This document shows positions 29,377 through 36,371 of a stretch of 64,000 nt of DNA, piece after piece; within the stretch, counting starts at the first letter, position 1, and the number at the start of each line of letters is the position of its first letter. Origin of the DNA: a virus (lineage: Duplodnaviria > Caudoviricetes); IMG/VR virus record IMGVR_UViG_3300025372_000639, positions 1 through 64,000 of that record. One strand, 5' to 3'. Both the position numbers and the translations under genes were made by a program. A model generated the notes under the pieces. The model was not told the DNA's origin, did not search any database, and saw only the letters and a program-made list of their open reading frames with translations.

Positions 29377-29452
29377 CTCTCTAAAGTGTTATCTGGTTGC
29401 ATCCGCGGTTTGGGGCCGTGTGGTCCTGGTTCAAATCCAGGTAGGGAGACCA
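29377..29452 (+). tRNA. tRNA-Pro(TGG)
   Basis: cloverleaf, loop TTTGGGG, ACCA. Confidence 0.88.
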
Positions 29453-29458
29453 AGTTTT

Positions 29459-29521
29459 AGGTTGCGTTCAGCAAACATAATACATTTGACTTTTAATCAA
29501 AACCGTAAAAAAGCAACCTGT
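29459..29521 (+). ncRNA. CAGCAA-stem RNA 1 (Lys UUU anticodon stem-loop)
   Basis: AGGTTGC-GTTCAGCAA...TTTGA CTTTTAA TCAAA...GCAACCT-GT. Confidence 0.75.
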
Positions 29522-29529
29522 TATTTTAT

Positions 29530-29603
29530 TCCTCTATAGTTAAATGGTATAACAATCGGCTGATAACCGGTCATTACAAGTTCGATTCTTGTTGGAGGAA
29601 CCA
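29530..29603 (+). tRNA. tRNA-Ile(GAT)
   Basis: cloverleaf, loop CTGATAA, ACCA. Confidence 0.9.
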
Positions 29604-29608
29604 GTTTT

Positions 29609-29663
29609 AGGATACATTCAGCAAATTTAAATCTTTTTGGTATAAAGAAAAAAAGTATCCTGT
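29609..29663 (+). ncRNA. CAGCAA-stem RNA 2 (Thr GGU-like stem-loop)
   Basis: AGGATAC-ATTCAGCAA...TCTTT TTGGTAT AAAGA...GTATCCT-GT. Confidence 0.75.
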
Positions 29664-29671
29664 TTTATTGT

Positions 29672-29746
29672 TGGGGTGTAGTGTAATGGCTATCACAACG
29701 GGCTTTGAACTCGTTAATCTTGGTTCGATTCCAAGCACCCCTACCA
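29672..29746 (+). tRNA. tRNA-Gln(TTG)
   Basis: cloverleaf, loop CTTTGAA, ACCA. Confidence 0.9.
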
Positions 29747-29751
29747 GTTAT

Positions 29752-29827
29752 ATTGCGTTAGACTTCTGGGCTAGGTCAATAGGCTTTCAACCTATCTAGG
29801 CGGGTTCGATTCCCGTACGCAATACCA
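29752..29827 (+). tRNA. tRNA-Glu(TTC)
   Basis: cloverleaf, loop CTTTCAA, ACCA. Confidence 0.9.
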
Positions 29828-29835
29828 ATTTTAAT

Positions 29836-29927
29836 GCCAGCGAGACTTGGAAGTCAGAGAGTCCTTATAAGACTTTTAGCGCCAGATTAGCGTTCTTGAG
29901 AGGGTTCGATCCCCTCCGCTGGTACCA
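29836..29927 (+). tRNA. atypical tRNA with TAT anticodon (Ile) and long variable arm
   Basis: GCCAGCG/CGCTGGT-ACCA, GAGTC CTTATAA GACTT, T-arm GAGGG TTCGATC CCCTC. Confidence 0.7.
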
Positions 29928-29934
29928 ATATTAT

Positions 29935-30012
29935 GTACCGGTGGCAGAGAGGCCCAATGCAGTGGATTGCAAATCCGCAAAACCGTGAGTTCGAATCTCA
30001 CCCGGTATTCCA
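29935..30012 (+). tRNA. tRNA-Cys(GCA)
   Basis: loop TTGCAAA, U73 discriminator, CCA. Confidence 0.92.
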
Positions 30013-30020
30013 ATTTTAAT

Positions 30021-30098
30021 GCGTGGTTAGTGTTTAACGGTTTAGCATCACTGGCTTCCACCCAGTAGGAAAGAGTTCGAATCTCTTACCCCGCACCA
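30021..30098 (+). tRNA. tRNA-Gly(TCC)
   Basis: loop CTTCCAC, ACCA. Confidence 0.88.
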
Positions 30099-30105
30099 AT
30101 TCAAT

Positions 30106-30182
30106 GCGTGTGTAGTATAGCCAGGTAATTATTCTGGGTTGCCAACTCAGAGACTCGGGTTCGAATCCCGACACCCGCACCA
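30106..30182 (+). tRNA. tRNA-Gly(GCC)
   Basis: loop TTGCCAA, ACCA. Confidence 0.88.
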
Positions 30183-30282
30183 AATGTAAGATAGTTGCTA
30201 TCGCGTCCTGCAGGTAAGTTAGCAACCGTAACATCACGGACGGGCGTATATGCCGTGTAAGAAATGCGACTCAGAAATTTAT

Positions 30283-30356
30283 GCTTCGGTAGTTTAATGG
30301 CAGAACCTTGCTTTTACATAGCAAAGATGGGAGTTCGATTCTCCAACGAAGTACCA
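30283..30356 (+). tRNA. tRNA-Val(TAC)
   Basis: loop TTTACAT, ACCA. Confidence 0.85.
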
Positions 30357-30372
30357 GATAGAACATTTAGGT

Positions 30373-30443
30373 GTGGCCATAGTGTAATGGTAGCACTACA
30401 TGTTGTGACCTTGTCAGTACGGGTTCAAATCCCGTTGGTCACC
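30373..30443 (+). tRNA. tRNA-His(GTG), CCA not encoded
   Basis: GTGGCCA/TGGTCAC, C73, loop TTGTGAC. Confidence 0.8.
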
Positions 30444-30459
30444 CCTAAATGTTTTAATT

Positions 30460-30535
30460 GCCGCTTTAGCTGATGTGGTCATAGCACCGGTTTGAAGCAC
30501 CGAGGAACTAGGTTCGATCCCTAGAGGCGGCACCA
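30460..30535 (+). tRNA. tRNA-Phe(GAA)
   Basis: loop TTGAAGC, ACCA. Confidence 0.85.
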
Positions 30536-30543
30536 ATTTTTAT

Positions 30544-30620
30544 ATACCGGTAGTTCCAACTGGCAGAACATCAGTCTCCAAAATTGAGTGTTGGGGGTTC
30601 GAATCCCTCCCGGTATGCCA
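30544..30620 (+). tRNA. tRNA-Trp(CCA)
   Basis: loop CTCCAAA, GCCA. Confidence 0.9.
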
Positions 30621-30623
30621 AGT

Positions 30624-30819
30624 TTTGTAAGTGTTAGTAAGTGAAAATCACCGATTCGAGTAGCCGGCCAGCCAAAGAGTAGGTAAACAACGAGGGGCGC
30701 AATACCCTAGCACAAACATAGAAGCGTTGGATGAGTAACTGCAATGACGTACCGAGTCCTAGCCGGCTTTATATACATAGGTGAATGGTGCCAATAACGA
30801 TGGTGGCACAACTTACAAA
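30624..30819 (+). ncRNA. unidentified ~196-nt structured RNA
   Basis: closed by TTTGTAAGT/ACTTACAAA; fills the spacer between two tRNAs. Confidence 0.45.
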
Positions 30820-30827
30820 TTCAATAT

Positions 30828-30902
30828 GCCGTAGTAGTTCTCTGGGAGGGCAACGGATTGTCTATCCGACTCAGGCGAGTTCGATTCTCGTCTACGGCGC
30901 CA
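30828..30902 (+). tRNA. tRNA-Asp(GTC)
   Basis: loop TTGTCTA, GCCA. Confidence 0.85.
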
Positions 30903-30907
30903 GTTTT

Positions 30908-31008
30908 AGGATGATTACAGCAAACTTTTTTCTGCAGCCATATTTGCAGGCCGGCCCGCTTGGGGGCGTGTCGTGGGTTCGAGTCCCGGCTTAGACACAG
31001 CATCCTGT
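30908..31008 (+). ncRNA. CAGCAA-stem RNA 3 (contains a T-arm)
   Basis: AGGATG-ATTACAGCAA...GGG TTCGAGT CCC...CATCCT-GT. Confidence 0.75.
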
Positions 31009-31023
31009 TATTTTTGACCATTT

Positions 31024-31142
31024 AGGTTCTTTTCAGCAATCTTATTAAATCTTTCTGAAAAAAAGACGGACCGGGTTCGAATCCCGGGCACTGCTTGGTC
31101 AGCGGTGTTGGTGTAGTGGTAGCACAAAAAATGAGAACCTGT
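31024..31142 (+). ncRNA. CAGCAA-stem RNA 4, circularly permuted tRNA-Phe mimic (YrlA-like)
   Basis: AGGTTCT/AGAACCT stem enclosing anticodon arm, T arm, loop-closed acceptor stem and D arm. Confidence 0.82.
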
Positions 31143-31145
31143 TTT

Positions 31146-31220
31146 GCCCCTGTAGTATAATGGATAATACACCGGTCTACGAAATCGGGAATTGTGGTTC
31201 GATTCCATACAGGGGCGCCA
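31146..31220 (+). tRNA. tRNA-Arg(ACG)
   Basis: loop CTACGAA, GCCA. Confidence 0.92.
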
Positions 31221-31221
31221 G

Positions 31222-32193
31222 TTATAGTAAATCAATTTCACTGATTACGGTTTGGCCACCAAATGCTAAACTAGTTTTCAGCATTCTTTTATATGTAAAA
31301 GATGTAGGACTAGTAATAATTCTATCATCGTTTACTAGTTTATTACCTGATATGATGTTAGGTTTTAACACATTATCTTTTTTGCAGTCCAGTGCCATGC
31401 AAATTTCAACAGCACCGGATGCACTCATGCAGTGACCTACATAACCTTTGAAACCTACAATAGGTATATCGTGTTTGCAGGTCTCCTTAAAGAATGTATA
31501 CTCAAAGGTATCTCCAATTGGAGTGCCTGTTGCGTGTGCGTTCCATAGATCGATTTTATCATAGTCTATGTGACTGAATTGTTTAACAATGTTTTCTACA
31601 TCGCCTGGATGTGTAACAAGATCAGGCTGTGTGTAGAATGAAAAATTTTGTATGATTGCTTTTGCATCTAGCGGATATTTAACACTAGGATGTTTAACAA
31701 TCATTAAAGAAATACCTGTTCCCATTTTGAATCCTTGACTGGTAGAGTCAAATGGCAATCCTTTATCGGAATCAATAGCACCAATGCTATTAAACTGCCA
31801 CAGACGATATCCTAAATTAAAGTCATCGCCGCAAAATACCACAACAGGTGTTTGTGAATCTAAGCTCATCAATGTAGCTTGATATAATGCATACAATGAT
31901 CCTGCACATGCGGCACGAACGTTGAATGCTTGTTTTTGCAGTCCTAATTTTTGTCCTACCATTGATGTAAGGAAATTAGACAGAGCATTTTTAAATAAAC
32001 TAGGCTTGTTCCTAGCTTTTCCAGACAGATATCTTGCCCAGGAATCTTCCTCTCCCTGATATTCAACGGTAGACATTGAGGCTGTTACCAACGGCCAATT
32101 AGGTTTAACAATAGATTGAAATTGCGGATCAGAAAGAAAACTTTCTGGATTCCAAATTGTGTCGTACTTGTATTCGAGTATTTCGCATTGCAT
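31222..32193 (-). CDS. beta-ketoacyl synthase (FabB/FabF-like)
   Basis: AACAGSL (catalytic Cys), NAHATGTPIGD, KGYVGHCMSASG, SLAFGG. Confidence 0.88.
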   Translation of the reverse strand: MQCEILEYKYDTIWNPESFLSDPQFQSIVKPNWPLVTASMSTVEYQGEEDSWARYLSGKARNKPSLFKNALSNFLTSMVGQKLGLQKQAFNVRAACAGSLYALYQATLMSLDSQTPVVVFCGDDFNLGYRLWQFNSIGAIDSDKGLPFDSTSQGFKMGTGISLMIVKHPSVKYPLDAKAIIQNFSFYTQPDLVTHPGDVENIVKQFSHIDYDKIDLWNAHATGTPIGDTFEYTFFKETCKHDIPIVGFKGYVGHCMSASGAVEICMALDCKKDNVLKPNIISGNKLVNDDRIITSPTSFTYKRMLKTSLAFGGQTVISEIDLL

Positions 32194-32236
32194 AGGCAGA
32201 TATTTAATCCTGCGAATGACTGGTATAAATATTAAC

Positions 32237-32785
32237 ATGAAGAAGTATCATTCTAATTTAAAATTACCTGTACCGTTTGTACCTTTTGAAAAAGGATCTG
32301 ATCATTTTGATGAAGTTCCTATAACGGACGAGCATATGAGTCCGGAGTTCCTCAACTGGTTAGCAGGTATGGGATTAACTTTCCGTAAGGCAAGATTTTT
32401 TAACAGCATTCCGAATCAACAATATCGATTACATGTCGACGGAGACGTTGTAAAAGAATTAGTAAAATTAAACATAGTATTTGATAGTACAGATACAATT
32501 ATGAACTGGTACGAGCCCGTAGATGGTTATCAAGGTACACTTAAACCTAACGGCCTAGGTCAACCGGTATTGTATTATGATAAAGATAAATGTAATTTAT
32601 TACACAGCAAACCAGTGAATACACATTGTATCCTAGCTGGAAACATTGTACATGATCTAGTAAACGGTCCTAACAATGGACAAAGTCGAAAATGTTATTC
32701 GATGTTTTTAGTTCACAAGGCTACAGATACATTAGTGAAATGGGACGAAGCACTAGAGTTGTTTGGCCCACATCTAATCGATTAA
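32237..32785 (+). CDS. 2OG-Fe(II) oxygenase-like / cupin protein
   Basis: HVD...H...R pattern. Confidence 0.55.
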   Translation: MKKYHSNLKLPVPFVPFEKGSDHFDEVPITDEHMSPEFLNWLAGMGLTFRKARFFNSIPNQQYRLHVDGDVVKELVKLNIVFDSTDTIMNWYEPVDGYQGTLKPNGLGQPVLYYDKDKCNLLHSKPVNTHCILAGNIVHDLVNGPNNGQSRKCYSMFLVHKATDTLVKWDEALELFGPHLID

Positions 32786-32793
32786 TATTTCTT

Positions 32794-33411
32794 ATGAAGT
32801 ACACTATTATCGAAGATTGTAGTCCCTACTACATTAGATTTAAACACGAAGGTATTGAAGATCTTATAGAATACTTGCGTAACATTTATAGCACATCAAA
32901 ATTTGTTCAATCATTTACATGGAACAAATATTTTATGCATTGTAGATTAACACGCGAAGACGGTATACGGCTACTGGAAAAAATTCCAGTAGCCGATGAC
33001 ATGAACTTTTTAAAACAACGAGTTAGTTTCTTTGTAAGCAAACCAGGTCTATATTATAGAGCACACAAGGATGGTATAAATGATCAGTTTAGTATAAACT
33101 ATACTATTGATATTGCCGACGATAAGTGTGTTACAAGTTGGTATGATGATGCTGATTTAAAAGAGTACCAATCTTCTACCAATTCTGGCAATTCTAGAGA
33201 ATGTATCAACTTTGATAAAAGTAAACATGTCCCGTTAAAATCAATGATAGCAAAACAAGGTGAATGCATATTGTTTAATACTAACATATATCATGATTGG
33301 GATAATACACTTTCTTCAAATCAACGAGTAGTACTAACACTTCGTCACGAAACACCGGGACAGGTGACATTTGATGATGCTAAACAAATTTTATTCAGGT
33401 CCTTAGTTTAA
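32794..33411 (+). CDS. 2OG-Fe(II) oxygenase-like protein
   Basis: HKD...FNTNIYH...RVVLTLR. Confidence 0.6.
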   Translation: MKYTIIEDCSPYYIRFKHEGIEDLIEYLRNIYSTSKFVQSFTWNKYFMHCRLTREDGIRLLEKIPVADDMNFLKQRVSFFVSKPGLYYRAHKDGINDQFSINYTIDIADDKCVTSWYDDADLKEYQSSTNSGNSRECINFDKSKHVPLKSMIAKQGECILFNTNIYHDWDNTLSSNQRVVLTLRHETPGQVTFDDAKQILFRSLV

Positions 33412-33470
33412 TGGTAGAACACTACCTCGACACGGTGAAGACACAAGTTCAATTCTTGTAGGACCTACCA
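33397..33470 (+). tRNA. tRNA-Val(GAC)
   Basis: AGGTCCT/AGGACCT-ACCA, loop TCGACAC (C33); overlaps the stop of the upstream CDS. Confidence 0.8.
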
Positions 33471-33475
33471 ATTAT

Positions 33476-33550
33476 GCTCCTTTAATATAAAGGCTATTAT
33501 ACCGGTTTTGTAGTCCGGTTATTGCGGTTCGAGTCCGTGAGGGAGCACCA
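33476..33550 (+). tRNA. tRNA-Thr(TGT)
   Basis: loop TTTGTAG, ACCA. Confidence 0.8.
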
Positions 33551-33556
33551 AATTAT

Positions 33557-33647
33557 AGTGAGTTGGCAGAGCGGCGAATGCAGAAGTTTGCTAAACTTTA
33601 GGTTGACGGAAGTTGACCCGTGGGTTCGAGTCCCACACTCACTGCCA
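33557..33647 (+). tRNA. tRNA-Ser(GCT)
   Basis: loop TTGCTAA, long variable arm, GCCA. Confidence 0.88.
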
Positions 33648-33656
33648 AGAAAACGG

Positions 33657-33685
33657 TTGACAACTACCGCAAAAGGTTGTATAAT
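33657..33685 (+). promoter_or_regulatory. sigma70 promoter
   Basis: TTGACA-17-TATAAT. Confidence 0.85.
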
Positions 33686-33829
33686 AAACACATAAACAAA
33701 AAGGAAACGACATGAAACGTTCAGGTAAACGATAGTGTCAACCTTAGATCCCGTATTGGTCTAGGGTTGGCACATTAAAGATCTCTTTAACAAGAATTAA
33801 GACGTTAAAGAAACTTTTAATACAACTAA

Positions 33830-33905
33830 CCCTTTCTAGCGTTAATGGTAGCGCACTTGACTCTTAATCAATGAGGTGTCGGTTCGAATCCGACGGGAGG
33901 GACCA
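33830..33905 (+). tRNA. tRNA-Lys(CTT)
   Basis: loop CTCTTAA, ACCA. Confidence 0.9.
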
Positions 33906-33909
33906 ATAT

Positions 33910-33985
33910 GGGGCCATAGTTAAGCGGTTATAACATCACCCTTTTAAGGTGTAAGACCTCGGTTCGAATCCGAGTGGCCCTACCA
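33910..33985 (+). tRNA. tRNA-Lys(TTT)
   Basis: loop CTTTTAA, ACCA. Confidence 0.88.
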
Positions 33986-34046
33986 AAAGATGTTGTTTTA
34001 TATGGAACTTTGCTAAATAATAGTAATATTTTAATTAAGGTTCGAT

Positions 34047-34625
34047 ATGAAACAATGTCCTAAATGTAAAGCAGAGCACAATAATTCTGGAACGTTCTGT
34101 TCAAGAAGTTGTGCTAATAGCAGAGTATTTTCTGATGAGTCTAAATTTAAAAAGAGTATAGCACTCAAAGGTAGAAAGCCCACAGGCGTTATTGCAGACA
34201 AAGAAGCATGGGCAAGGAAGATAAAGGAAACGGCATTACAAAAATACTTAGCAAAGTCCTTTGATGAGTTAGGTATGGAAAATAAACGTCGAAGAGTATT
34301 TGAGGAACAGAAGTATTGTTGTAATAAGTGCGGCATAAGTGAATGGTTCACTAGGCCTATATCTTTAGAGTTAGAACATAAAGATGGGAATAACTTAAAC
34401 AATATAAGAGAAAATTTAGAAGGATTGTGCCCTAATTGTCATAGTATCACAGATACATGGCGAGGAAGAAACAAGCCTGCTAAAAATGGAATTAATCAAA
34501 TTAGTGATGAATCTTTGTTGCAATGTCTTAAAGAGTCTAAAAATATTAGACAGGGCTTGTTAAAGGCAGGTATAGCGGCAAAAGGTAAGAACTACGAGAG
34601 AGCAAAAAAATTATTAGGACGTTAA
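34047..34625 (+). CDS. HNH endonuclease
   Basis: FCSRSC zinc motif; LELEHKDGNNLNN..NLEGLCPNCH. Confidence 0.9.
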   Translation: MKQCPKCKAEHNNSGTFCSRSCANSRVFSDESKFKKSIALKGRKPTGVIADKEAWARKIKETALQKYLAKSFDELGMENKRRRVFEEQKYCCNKCGISEWFTRPISLELEHKDGNNLNNIRENLEGLCPNCHSITDTWRGRNKPAKNGINQISDESLLQCLKESKNIRQGLLKAGIAAKGKNYERAKKLLGR

Positions 34626-34732
34626 CGTCCTACCATATAAAAACACATTAGAGAGTGGGCTAGCGTATATTCTACCATAAGAACGGATATAGGTGACTTG
34701 GTTCAATTCCAAAGTCTAGTGTGTTTCTATAT

Positions 34733-34808
34733 GGTGATGTAGCATAGCGGCTAATGTACCTCCTTCATACGGAGATTATCGTCGGTTCGAGTCCGACCAT
34801 CACTACCA
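34733..34808 (+). tRNA. tRNA-Met(CAT) (elongator or Ile2)
   Basis: loop TTCATAC, ACCA. Confidence 0.85.
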
Positions 34809-34815
34809 AGAATAC

Positions 34816-34904
34816 GGAGGGTTAACTGGGCTGGGCCCAGCACGGTCTTGAAAACCGATGGTGTGCGAAAGCGCATAGAGTTCGATTCTACTAGCCCTCC
34901 TCCA
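34816..34904 (+). tRNA. tRNA-Ser(TGA)
   Basis: loop CTTGAAA, variable arm GTGC GAAA GCGC, CCA. Confidence 0.82.
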
Positions 34905-34911
34905 AGTTAAT

Positions 34912-35004
34912 GGGGAATACTTCCGCTTGGTTGCGGAGGCATTCTGTTTAGAATGTGTACAGCAAAACATCAAACAATTGGTTCGACTCCAATATTCCCC
35001 GCCA
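34912..35004 (+). ncRNA. CCA-ended tRNA-like RNA with a permuted CAGCAA module replacing the anticodon arm
   Basis: GGGGAAT/ATTCCCC-GCCA, T-arm, GCATTCT gttt AGAATGT-GTACAGCAA. Confidence 0.78.
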
Positions 35005-35010
35005 CAATTT

Positions 35011-35131
35011 GCCGCTGTCGTCTAATGGTAGGACACCTTATAAAAGGGTGACTCTGTATAGAGTACGTTCAGCAATTTTCTTAATCCATGCCAAGGGGGT
35101 TATCTAGGTTCGAATCCTAGCGGCGGCACCA
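35011..35131 (+). ncRNA. CCA-ended tRNA-like RNA with a permuted CAGCAA module
   Basis: GCCGCTG/CGGCGGC-ACCA, D and T arms, ACTCT gtat AGAGT-ACGTTCAGCAA. Confidence 0.78.
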
Positions 35132-35307
35132 ATTTATAAGTTGTTAATGAAGCGTAGTGCTTTATTGACATTAGTGAAATAACGTATCATAAATTCTTGA
35201 TCATAGATATCTTGAATCATAACACAGCACACACCTTCATACAAAGACAGATGAAAGTGAAGTCCGTTTGGTGTTAAACTATCATACGTTCTCACAAAAA
35301 TATTTAT

Positions 35308-35384
35308 GCCCCGTTACGCTAATTGGTAGTGCGGATTCTCTCAAAAGGAGTTGGTTGTAGGTTCGAATCTTACACGGGGTACCA
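35308..35384 (+). tRNA. tRNA-Leu(CAA) lacking a long variable arm
   Basis: loop CTCAAAA, ACCA, short variable loop. Confidence 0.78.
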
Positions 35385-35391
35385 AACATTT

Positions 35392-35467
35392 GCCCGCGAA
35401 GTATTAGTCGGTGGTACACCGCCCTCGTAACGCGGAAGATTCAGTTCGAGGCTGAACGTGGGCACCA
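35392..35467 (+). tRNA. tRNA-Thr(CGT)
   Basis: loop CTCGTAA, ACCA. Confidence 0.8.
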
Positions 35468-35509
35468 AAAAATGCCAAGTTATCGTAAATATATTTGATA
35501 AATAGAATT

Positions 35510-36154
35510 ATGCAATATTGGATATTTGGACATACAGGTTCGGGATACATAGAAATATCAAACCTCATAGAACATGCGGATAATGTTTATCCAGCTGACG
35601 GTCAGAAGCTTTGGAAAAATGTAGATCGAAATTTTAAGAAAAGACAGATAGGATGGATGCCTCCGAGATGGGTTAACATTTACGGTCTATTTGAAGCACC
35701 TCAACCTGACTTTGACCCTTCAGATTATATATTGAACCCTGTCTATCTTAAATTATTAGAAGAAGGGAAAAATACGGTTATACCTGCACATTATCGTCAG
35801 TACTTAAATTATATTGATCTTGTTCCATTTAAAGACACAATAACCAAAGACATGCATAAAATCTTTGTGTCTTCGAGTGATAAGCAAAGAATGATAAACG
35901 ATATAGCAGTCAATCATCCTAACTTAACGGATCAAGATAAAATCAAAGCCCAAGCAGAGATTATAGATTATAATCCACTAACCATGCAATATTTTAAACC
36001 AGAAGGTGGATACGATACCATCATCGAATTAGAAAGAGTGTGGGAAGACTGGAACTATTTGAATAACATTCTAACTGCAATTGGCATCAATCTTCAGAAA
36101 AAATTCTACGATACTTACATGGAAAAGTCTAATGCCATGCGTTCCAGGTCTTGA
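35510..36154 (+). CDS. hypothetical protein
   Basis: long ORF with TAAATA upstream. Confidence 0.6.
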   Translation: MQYWIFGHTGSGYIEISNLIEHADNVYPADGQKLWKNVDRNFKKRQIGWMPPRWVNIYGLFEAPQPDFDPSDYILNPVYLKLLEEGKNTVIPAHYRQYLNYIDLVPFKDTITKDMHKIFVSSSDKQRMINDIAVNHPNLTDQDKIKAQAEIIDYNPLTMQYFKPEGGYDTIIELERVWEDWNYLNNILTAIGINLQKKFYDTYMEKSNAMRSRS

Positions 36155-36190
36155 CATTATAGCAAAAATCTGCTAAACTTATAAAATAAT

Positions 36191-36265
36191 CTGGCGTTAG
36201 TATAATGGATAATACAATGAGCTTCTACCTCATGAATGTGGGTTCGATTCCTGCACGCCGGGCCA
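36191..36265 (+). tRNA. tRNA-Arg(TCT)
   Basis: ATGAG CTTCTAC CTCAT, GCCA. Confidence 0.9.
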
Positions 36266-36272
36266 TACATTA

Positions 36273-36349
36273 CGGTCATTAGCTCAACTGGATAGAGTCC
36301 CGGTCTTCGAAACCGGTTGTTGCAGGTTCGAGTCCTGTGTGGCCGGCCA
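36273..36349 (+). tRNA. tRNA-Arg(TCG)
   Basis: CCGGT CTTCGAA ACCGG, GCCA. Confidence 0.92.
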
Positions 36350-36371
36350 CTGCACTCTGTTAAATAACTTC

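Noticed and set aside
30624-30819. RNase P RNA
   Set aside because: Lacks the GAGGAAAGUCC half of P4 and is short; left unassigned.
29459-31142. CAGCAA elements as CRISPR repeats or terminators
   Set aside because: Stems covary rather than repeat, enclose structured cargo, lack consistent U tracts and also occur permuted inside tRNA bodies.
28581-31241. ORF-track ORFs across the tRNA array
   Set aside because: They overlap clear tRNAs/ncRNAs; shadow ORFs.
31146-36265. Amber suppressor tRNAs (CTA seen in the loops at 31146 and 36191) and stop-codon recoding
   Set aside because: Stem register places the anticodons at ACG and TCT; long ORFs are intact in the standard code.
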